A stretch of 42,992 bases of DNA from an uncultured Nesterenkonia sp. GTDB lineage: Bacteria; Actinomycetota; Actinomycetes; Actinomycetales; Micrococcaceae. Each line of letters begins with the position of its first letter. Position 1 is the stretch's first letter. The notes beneath the pieces are model-generated. The model saw only the letters and a list, made by a program, of their open reading frames with translations, searched no databases and was not told where the DNA came from. A program made the position numbers and the translations under genes. The stretch covers positions 1 through 42,992 of the forward strand of contig CAMINA010000001.1 of the NCBI GenBank assembly GCA_946221825.1, in the 5' to 3' direction. Below are positions 36,482-42,992 of this stretch, in pieces.

Positions 36482-36922
36482 ATGGCTCGTGACTCTGAGA
36501 ACCTGCAGCCGGACTTCCATGGTCCGCAGAAGCGCCGTCCGTTCACCCAGGCCCGTCCGCGACCGGTGCCGGTGTGGATCGTCTTCCTGATCCTCTTCGT
36601 CCAAGGCATGGCGGTGCTCTGGTACACGCTGGCGTCTGCGCTGACCTCCGATGAGGCGCTTCTGGACGCTGTAGGTGTGGTGGCGCTGGTGGTGCTCTAC
36701 GCGCTGCTCGGCGCGGTGCTGATGATCCTGGGGTTCCGCATCTTCATGGGAGCAGGCGGAGCGAGAACTCCGGCGATGGTGCTGGAGTTCATGGTGGTGG
36801 TGATCTCCTTCAGCTTCCTCTCCGGAGGAGCTGTGGGAGTGGGGCTGACGCTGCTGCTGCCGGCCGCGGTCGCACTGGTGCTGCTGTTCGTACGCCCCAC
36901 ACAGGAGTGGCTGGACAGGTGA
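36482..36922 (+). CDS. Small integral membrane protein (about 4 TM)
   Basis: Four hydrophobic segments, ARTPAMVLE; GAGAAT 7 nt before ATG 36482 (alternative start 36473). Confidence 0.75.
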   Translation: MARDSENLQPDFHGPQKRRPFTQARPRPVPVWIVFLILFVQGMAVLWYTLASALTSDEALLDAVGVVALVVLYALLGAVLMILGFRIFMGAGGARTPAMVLEFMVVVISFSFLSGGAVGVGLTLLLPAAVALVLLFVRPTQEWLDR

Positions 36923-36985
36923 GAGATGGCTGGGCAGATCTCGTCTGCCCAGCCGCTCCGGCCCCTGCGGCGTCCGGTCTGCCCT

Positions 36986-37357
36986 TCAGTTGACCGGACC
37001 GGTCCACTTTTCGCCGGGGCCCTTGCCGGGTGCGTCCGGGACCAGAGACTCCTCGCGGAAGGCCAGCTGGAGGGAGCGCAGTCCGTCGCGCAAGGGAGCG
37101 GCATGGGTGGAGCCGACCTCCGGGGCGGCTGCGGTGATCAGCCCGGCCAGTGCGGTGATCAGCTTCCGGGCCTCGTCCAGGTCCTTCAGCTCGTCGTCCT
37201 TCAGCTCGTCGGCACGGGTGTCATCGGCCAGCCCAGTCTTCACCGCCGCTGCACTCATCAGGTGGACTGCGACGGTGTTGATCAGTTCGACCGCGGGAAC
37301 CTCTGCGATGTCACGCGCGGTCTGATCGGCCGCCGGGGGGAGATCTTCGTTCTGCAT
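36986..37357 (-). CDS. DUF1844-like protein
   Basis: RDIAEVPAVELI...HLMSAAAVKTGL, DLDEARKLITALAGL, LRDGLRSLQLAFRE, PGKGPGEKWTGPV; divergent from infC. Confidence 0.85.
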   Translation of the reverse strand: MQNEDLPPAADQTARDIAEVPAVELINTVAVHLMSAAAVKTGLADDTRADELKDDELKDLDEARKLITALAGLITAAAPEVGSTHAAPLRDGLRSLQLAFREESLVPDAPGKGPGEKWTGPVN

Positions 37358-37442
37358 GCTGGTAAGCTTGTCACAGTCTTTGAGCGCACGCTAAACGTGC
37401 GCGCACTTACTTCACAGCAGTCCACACACAGGAGTTAGACAG

Positions 37443-38150
37443 ATCAGCGAACCACGCATCAACAACCGGATCCGTGTACCGGAGGTCCGCCTCGTCGGCC
37501 CGCAGGGGGAACAGGTCGGCATCGTCAGAATCGAAGACGCTCTGAGGCTCGCCTCGGAGGCTGATCTCGACCTGGTCGAGGTGGCGCCGAACGCGAAACC
37601 GCCGGTCTGCAAGCTGATGGACTTCGGCAAGTGGAAGTACGAGGCTGCGGTGAAGGCCCGCGAGTCGCGGAAGAACCAGACCAGCACTCAGCTGAAGGAA
37701 GTCCGCTTCCGGCTCAAGATCGACGATCACGACTACGAGACCAAGGTCGGCCACGCTCGCCGCTTCCTCGAAGCCGGTGACAAGGTCAAGGCCATGATCC
37801 AGTTCCGCGGCCGCGAGCAGCAGCGTCCTGAGATGGGCGTCCGCCTGCTTCAGCGCTTCGCTCAGGACGTGGAGGACCTCGGCCAGGTTGAGTCCAACCC
37901 GCGTCAGGACGGCCGCCATATGGTCATGGTGGTCGGCCCGCTGAAGACCAAGGCTCAGGCCCGCAACGAGGCTCCCGACGATGAGGCCATGGACAACGAG
38001 GAGAACAAGGCTCGTGCCAAGGCCAAGCGTGAGGGCCGTGCTCGCAAGACGCAGGAGCGCCAGGAGCGGGTCTCCACCGATCAGAAGGATGTGAAGCCGC
38101 TGTCCAACTCGATGGCGGACTACCTTCCGGACGAGCTCAAGAACCTCTGA
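37443..38150 (+). CDS. infC: Translation initiation factor IF-3, non-canonical ATC start
   Basis: AGGAG at 37430-37434, then [30 protein letters not shown] in frame with [23 protein letters not shown]. Confidence 0.93.
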   Translation: MSEPRINNRIRVPEVRLVGPQGEQVGIVRIEDALRLASEADLDLVEVAPNAKPPVCKLMDFGKWKYEAAVKARESRKNQTSTQLKEVRFRLKIDDHDYETKVGHARRFLEAGDKVKAMIQFRGREQQRPEMGVRLLQRFAQDVEDLGQVESNPRQDGRHMVMVVGPLKTKAQARNEAPDDEAMDNEENKARAKAKREGRARKTQERQERVSTDQKDVKPLSNSMADYLPDELKNL

Positions 38151-38155
38151 GCGGC

Positions 38156-38179
38156 TCCGGCGGAGGAGACTCCGCCGGA
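38156..38179 (+). terminator. Hairpin after infC
   Basis: Perfect 10-bp stem tccggcggag/ctccgccgga with GAGA tetraloop; no U-tract. Confidence 0.55.
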
Positions 38180-38197
38180 AGAGCTCGGCGAAGGACC

Positions 38198-38206
38198 TGG
38201 TAGACT
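38198..38206 (+). promoter_or_regulatory. Extended -10 (TGgTAGACT), candidate internal promoter for rpmI-rplT
   Basis: TGGTAGACT matches TGnTANNNT, about 175 bp upstream of rpmI. Confidence 0.5.
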
Positions 38207-38380
38207 TGTCTGTCGGGTTTGCTGCGACGTGCCCCATGTGGGTGCGTCGCAGACCTATGAAAAGGGATCCCACCGGGTTTCGTGCCCGTTGAGCGATCCA
38301 CCTCTGCACCGCCGGTGCCCTCCTGGAGGGTGCCGGTTCCCAGGTGTTGCAGGTCCGTACGATGTAAGGAGAACGGCGCT

Positions 38381-38575
38381 ATGCCGAAGATGAAGACCCA
38401 CAGCGGGGCCAAGAAGCGCTTCAAGATCACCGGTTCCGGCAAGATCAAGCGCCAGCAGGCCAACCGCCGCCACTACCTGGAGCACAAGTCTTCCCGTCTG
38501 ACCCGTCGTCTGGCCGGTGACCGCATCGTCACCAAGGCCGACGAGAAGCGCATCAAGCGCATGCTGGGCCTCTGA
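38381..38575 (+). CDS. rpmI: 50S ribosomal protein L35
   Basis: [31 protein letters not shown]. Confidence 0.97.
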   Translation: MPKMKTHSGAKKRFKITGSGKIKRQQANRRHYLEHKSSRLTRRLAGDRIVTKADEKRIKRMLGL

Positions 38576-38625
38576 GCCCCAGCCGGAACACCGCGAAGAC
38601 TTAAAGAACTCACAGGAGACAGACG

Positions 38626-39012
38626 ATGGCACGAGTGAAAAGGGCCGTGAACGCCCACAAGAAGCGCCGCAAGGTCCTCGACAGGGCCTCCGGCTACCGC
38701 GGACAGCGCTCCCGCCTGTACCGCAAGGCCAAGGAGCAGCTGCTCCACAGCTACACCTACAACTACCAGCACCGCAAGAAGCGCAAGGGCGACTTCCGCC
38801 GCCTGTGGATCCAGCGCATCAACGCTGCCGCACGCGCCAACGGCATGACCTACAACCGCTTCATCCAGGGCCTCAAGGGCGCTGGGGTCGAGGTCGACCG
38901 TCGCATGCTGGCCGAGCTGGCCGTCTCCGACGCCGCTGCCTTCAAGGCACTGGTGGAGACTGCGCGCCAGGGTCTGCCGGAGGACGTGAACGCCCCCAAG
39001 GCCGCCGCGTGA
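38626..39012 (+). CDS. rplT: 50S ribosomal protein L20
   Basis: [43 protein letters not shown]. Confidence 0.98.
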   Translation: MARVKRAVNAHKKRRKVLDRASGYRGQRSRLYRKAKEQLLHSYTYNYQHRKKRKGDFRRLWIQRINAAARANGMTYNRFIQGLKGAGVEVDRRMLAELAVSDAAAFKALVETARQGLPEDVNAPKAAA

Positions 39013-39036
39013 TCCGCAGCCTCTCGCAGGCGCTCT

Positions 39037-39074
39037 GACGGCGCCCGTTCCCTTCACAGGGAGCGGGCGCCGTC
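39037..39074 (+). terminator. Terminator-like hairpin after rplT
   Basis: 17-bp stem gacggcgcccgttccct/agggagcgggcgccgtc (one G-U), loop tcac. Confidence 0.75.
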
Positions 39075-39079
39075 GTCGT

Positions 39080-39146
39080 TGTGTGGGCAGTTCCAGGCGT
39101 TCTGAACCCACGACGCCGGCTGAGAGCGCCTCAAACTGCCCACACA
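39080..39146. repeat. 67-bp palindromic element (REP/MITE-like)
   Basis: Perfect 13-bp terminal IR tgtgtgggcagtt/aactgcccacaca plus inner arms aggcgttct/agagcgcct. Confidence 0.7.
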
Positions 39147-39219
39147 GCTGAAGAGCGCGCGTATGCGACTCCTGGGCGCCCGTCCACCGTGTATCTGTGC
39201 ATGAGGGAGAATGGTGTCT

Positions 39220-40158
39220 GTGACTGACGAACATGTGCTGAGCAATCCGACCGCTGACCGGGTCAAGAAGGTCGCCTCCCTCGCCTCCCGGGCCGGACGC
39301 CGCAAGCAGGGGCTCTTCCTGGCCGAAGGCCCCCAGCCGGTGCGCGAGGCGTTGGCCCTGTGGCTGCGCCGCTGGGAGGAGGAGCCCCGCGGGGAGAAGG
39401 AGGAGACCCAGGGCCTGCCCCGTCTGGACGCCCTCTACTTCGATCCCGCCGCGCTCAGCCGCCACACCGAGGTGGAGGCGCTGCTGGACCAGGTCCGCGG
39501 TGTGCTCTTCGATCCGGAGCAGGACCTGCCCCGAGAGGCACGGATCTTTCTGCGCGAGGCCACCCCGGAGGTTCTGCGCGCGATGGGCGACGCCGAGACC
39601 TCTCAGGGTATGGCGGCGGTCTGCACCATCCCGCAGCCCACGGAAGAGCTTCCGAAGCTGCACCTGGGCGCCGCGCTGCTCGGCGTCCAGGACCCCGGCA
39701 ACACCGGCACCATCATCCGTGCCGCCGACGCCGCCGGTGCTGACGCCGTCGTGCTCACCCCGGGCAGCTCGGATCCTTGGGCTCCCAAGGTGGTCCGCTC
39801 CGCGGCAGGATCACACTTCCATCTGCCGATCCGGCCCGGAACGGAGCTCGAGGACTTCCTCGGCACGGTCCGCGGCCAGGGCACACAGATCCTCGCCGCC
39901 GATGGGGGAGGGGAGGCCGCACTCCCGGCTCTGGAGCAACCGCAGAATCCGACCGTCTGGCTCTTCGGCAATGAGGCGCACGGTCTCTCTGAGGAGGAGA
40001 AGGCGGCTGCTGATCAGCGGGTCACGATCCCGCTCTACGGCCGTGCGGAGTCGCTCAACGTGGCCACCGCCGCCGCCGTCTGCCTCTACCACTCGGCCAC
40101 TGCGCAGAATTCCGGCGCAGCGCAGAACTCCGGAACTGCCCAGCACGCAGAGCAGTGA
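39220..40158 (+). CDS. TrmH/SpoU-family RNA methyltransferase (TsnR-like)
   Basis: FLAEGPQPVREAL, QDPGNTGTIIRAADAAG, KVVRSAAGS, LFGNEAHGL, AESLNVATAA; start GTG 39220 (or ATG 39211). Confidence 0.92.
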   Translation: MTDEHVLSNPTADRVKKVASLASRAGRRKQGLFLAEGPQPVREALALWLRRWEEEPRGEKEETQGLPRLDALYFDPAALSRHTEVEALLDQVRGVLFDPEQDLPREARIFLREATPEVLRAMGDAETSQGMAAVCTIPQPTEELPKLHLGAALLGVQDPGNTGTIIRAADAAGADAVVLTPGSSDPWAPKVVRSAAGSHFHLPIRPGTELEDFLGTVRGQGTQILAADGGGEAALPALEQPQNPTVWLFGNEAHGLSEEEKAAADQRVTIPLYGRAESLNVATAAAVCLYHSATAQNSGAAQNSGTAQHAEQ

Positions 40159-40478
40159 GCTACTCACCCACCACCCGCCAGCAGGAGAACACCGGATTCG
40201 ACTGTGTCCACTGCGGGAAGACCATCCCCAGGCACAGCGCGGGCAGCTATCGAAATCACTGCCCGCGCTGCCTGTGGTCCCGCCACGTGGACGTCATTCC
40301 GGGGGACCGGGCCGCCGACTGTGAGGCTGAGATGGAACCGGTCGGCGTCGACCATTCCGGGAAGAAGGGCTACATCCTCATCCACCGCTGCACCGCCTGC
40401 GGCGCCCAGGACCGGAACCGTCTGGCACCGGATGACGATATGGATGCGGTCATCGCGCTGCAGCGCCCCCGTTTCTGA
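40155..40478 (+). CDS. RNHCP-domain protein
   Basis: FDCVHCG, YRNHCPRCLWSRHVD, PGDRAADC, HRCTACG; GTGA overlap with methylase stop. Confidence 0.9.
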   Translation: MSYSPTTRQQENTGFDCVHCGKTIPRHSAGSYRNHCPRCLWSRHVDVIPGDRAADCEAEMEPVGVDHSGKKGYILIHRCTACGAQDRNRLAPDDDMDAVIALQRPRF

Positions 40479-40525
40479 CGACACCCACCGGGGTCACCTC
40501 CCACTGAGCACCACCCCCACACGAG

Positions 40526-40561
40526 TGCGGCGGCCCGCCCCTTGCAGGACGGACCGCCGCA
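40526..40561 (-). terminator. Hairpin downstream of ectD
   Basis: 16-bp stem whose three C/A mismatches on + become G-U pairs on the minus strand, with GCAA tetraloop. Confidence 0.6.
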
Positions 40562-40581
40562 GCGGGGAACAGGCGCTCAGA

Positions 40582-41484
40582 TCAGCGTCCGGCCGGTGTG
40601 AAGTCCCGGCTGCCCAGGAAGTCCGGGCGCGGGGAGGGAGCCGCGAAGGGCTCCACCGGAGTGTTCTCCACCGAGTTGTAGACGATGAAGACATTGGACC
40701 GCGGGTACGGGGTCACATTGCCATTGGAGGCGTGCATGCAGTTGCTGTCGAACATGACAGCACCGCCTGCCGGGCCTTCCAGCACGTCGATGCCGAACCG
40801 GTCGGCGAACTCGGTCAGCGTCTCCGGCTCCGGCACACCGGCGCCCTGCATGACCAGCGACTTCTGGTGGTTGTCCTCCGGGGTCTCGCCCACAGCACTG
40901 ATGTAGTGCTTATGGGAGCCTGGCATGATCATCAGCGGACCGTTGAAGGAGTAGTTGTCGGTCAGCGAGATGGAGATGGACACCGCCCGGGGACTCGGCA
41001 TGCCGTCCTCGGCGTGCCAGGTCTCGAAGTCCGAGTGCCAGGTGAAGTCCTTGCCCACGAACCCGGGCTTGTAGTTGATGCGGCTCTGGTGGATGTAGAC
41101 GTCCGAGCCCAGGATCTGCCGGGCGCGGTCCACCACACGCGGATCGTTGGCGATCTTGGAGAAGATCTCGTTGCTGCGGTGGATGTCGAAGATCGAGCGC
41201 ACCTCATCGGACTTCGCCTCGACCACTGTCCGCTCGTCCTGCTTCACCGTAGGATCCTCGGCCAGTCGCTTGAGCTCGTCCTTGAAGAGCTGCAGCTCCT
41301 CTGCGGTGATGAGCTGATCGATGCTCAGGTAGCCCTTCTCATCGAAGCTGCGCAGGGTGTCTGCGTCGAAGGGCCCCTGGTCTGCGGTTCCCTGCACCAC
41401 CGGATCGCGGCGGGGGATGACCTGGGAGTTGTTCTGGCGAGTGGGGTAGAGATCCTCCACAGCAGCCTGAATAGTAGTCGTCAC
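40582..41484 (-). CDS. ectD: Ectoine hydroxylase
   Basis: AGGAGG RBS before GTG; DLYPTR, IHQSRINYKPGF, signature FTWHSDFETWHAEDGMP, MPGSH, FDSNCMHAS. Confidence 0.95.
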   Translation of the reverse strand: MTTTIQAAVEDLYPTRQNNSQVIPRRDPVVQGTADQGPFDADTLRSFDEKGYLSIDQLITAEELQLFKDELKRLAEDPTVKQDERTVVEAKSDEVRSIFDIHRSNEIFSKIANDPRVVDRARQILGSDVYIHQSRINYKPGFVGKDFTWHSDFETWHAEDGMPSPRAVSISISLTDNYSFNGPLMIMPGSHKHYISAVGETPEDNHQKSLVMQGAGVPEPETLTEFADRFGIDVLEGPAGGAVMFDSNCMHASNGNVTPYPRSNVFIVYNSVENTPVEPFAAPSPRPDFLGSRDFTPAGR

Positions 41485-41623
41485 TCTGTCGACCCTCCTG
41501 TTCTGTTGTAGACCTTGGTCAGTTCTGTAGCTCAAAAATTCTGTGATGTGACGGCAGCCCGAAGGCCGCCTATCAGGACACTAACAGGTGCAGGATTCTC
41601 TGCAAGGGTGATTCACTGGCCCC

Positions 41624-41944
<321 letters not shown>

Positions 41945-41970
41945 GCCTCAGCGCCGGTATGCTTCCCCCT

Positions 41971-42768
41971 ATGATTCACCCATCGCGAGGCCGCACGCTG
42001 TTGGCCGGGACTGCTGTCCTGATGCTAGCCCTCTCGGCCTGTGGAGATGACTCAGGCACCGAGGATCCCGCTCAGGACGCCGCTGAGCAGAACGGCACTG
42101 GGCAGAACGGCACTGGGCAGAACGGCACTGGGGCCGGCGGCGGCCAGGAGGGCGGCGAGGGCTCAGCCGCCGGACCGGTCCTCGCCGAGGCCGAGCTGGC
42201 CGATCAGGCCGGAACACCCATCGGGACCGTCACCGTCTCCGAGGCGGGGGAGGGCGTGGTCGAGCTCCACGCCGAGATCACCGATATGGAACCCGGGTTC
42301 CGCGGCCTCAGCATCCATGAGACCGGCCTCTGCGAGATCCAGTCAGCCGATGAGTATGGGCAGGTCGGAGACTTCTTCTCCGCAGGGCCCCACCTGGCCG
42401 GAGAGCCGGAGGAGGAGTCCGGCGTCGCCGAGGGGGAGGAGGCTCCCGAGGACCTCGAGACGGACCCTGAGCTGCCACCGGATGTCGAGCCGGAGGAACA
42501 GGCCGAGGTGTTCCATCCTGATCATGCCGGTGCGCTCCCCAACCTGCTGATCACCGAGGAGGGAACCGGCAGCCTGACAGTGGTCAGCGACCGTCTGGAT
42601 GAGGACCTGCTGCTCGACGACGACGGCTCAGCCGTGATCGTCCACGCTCAGGCCGACAACGCGGGAAACGTCCCGGATCGCTATGCTCCGCAGGGCCCCG
42701 ATTATGAGACCCTCACCACAGGCGATGCCGGTGGGCGTGCCGCCTGTGGGGTCTTCGAAGGAGCCTGA
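41971..42768 (+). CDS. Cu/Zn superoxide dismutase-like lipoprotein with degenerate metal site
   Basis: Lipobox LSAC; PGFRGLSIHETGLC, FFSAGPH, HAGALPNL, SAVIVHAQADN, TGDAGGRAACG; TATGCT 7 nt before ATG. Confidence 0.85.
   Translation: MIHPSRGRTLLAGTAVLMLALSACGDDSGTEDPAQDAAEQNGTGQNGTGQNGTGAGGGQEGGEGSAAGPVLAEAELADQAGTPIGTVTVSEAGEGVVELHAEITDMEPGFRGLSIHETGLCEIQSADEYGQVGDFFSAGPHLAGEPEEESGVAEGEEAPEDLETDPELPPDVEPEEQAEVFHPDHAGALPNLLITEEGTGSLTVVSDRLDEDLLLDDDGSAVIVHAQADNAGNVPDRYAPQGPDYETLTTGDAGGRAACGVFEGA
42088..42132 (+). repeat. 15-bp perfect coding tandem repeat x3 (QNGTG)
   Basis: cagaacggcactggg at 42088, 42103, 42118. Confidence 0.9.
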
Positions 42769-42960
42769 AACTCGCGCCGGTGGGCCTGATCACGAATTGC
42801 GGGGCCGTCATCGCGATCGATATAGTCAATTTTCGGTGTGCCGGGAAGCCTGGTCGGCAGGAGCATAGGATGCTCTTCAGCGGAGCCTTCGTGTGCTGTG
42901 ATGCCGCAGAGGTCTCCGCCCGTCCACCCACACCGCACCTGATGGAGGAACCGTTCACCG

Positions 42961-42992
42961 ATGACCTTGATGGTGCTGCTCTTCCTCACCCT
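42961..42992 (+). CDS. Start of a probable membrane protein, truncated by window edge
   Basis: GGAGG upstream, MTLMVLLFLT; TAGGAT at 42866-42871. Confidence 0.45.
   Translation, partial: MTLMVLLFLT

Noticed and set aside
42769..42960. Possible riboswitch or ncRNA before the last partial gene
   Set aside because: Only short palindromes (gagcat-agg-atgctc); no RNA family motif I can recognise

Overview
High-GC actinobacterial chromosome segment. Gene content, gene order and very acidic exported proteins suggest Micrococcaceae, possibly a halotolerant Nesterenkonia-like organism (inference). Mostly core genome: partial cysteine desulfurase, lipoprotein+OmpA pair, frameshifted pentapeptide-repeat gene, mnmA/chorismate mutase/MetE-like block, MoxR-DUF58 operon, mtrA-mtrB-lpqB-comF-hpf-secA, an uncharacterised-looking Rv3235/LysM/HTH/SAF/ParA-like module, large NAD-glutamate dehydrogenase, PdtaS-like kinase and whiB1, a phosphotransferase, an orphan sensor kinase, infC-rpmI-rplT, TrmH methylase + RNHCP protein, solitary ectD, acylphosphatase and a SodC-like lipoprotein. 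No rRNA, tRNA, CRISPR, transposase or integrase seen. Most notable: (1) a second, synonymously recoded copy of the last 13 codons of whiB1 lies 107 bp downstream, sharing a 22-bp exact core, resembling the scar of an element that integrates into whiB1; (2) helically phased AT-rich direct repeats in both divergent promoters of the LysM/HTH/SAF/ATPase module; (3) a SodC homologue missing metal ligands; (4) a structured leader ahead of rpmI and an ATC-start infC; (5) an MprA-like box ahead of a small acidic exported protein next to an orphan kinase. Family names come from motif recognition, not database searches.
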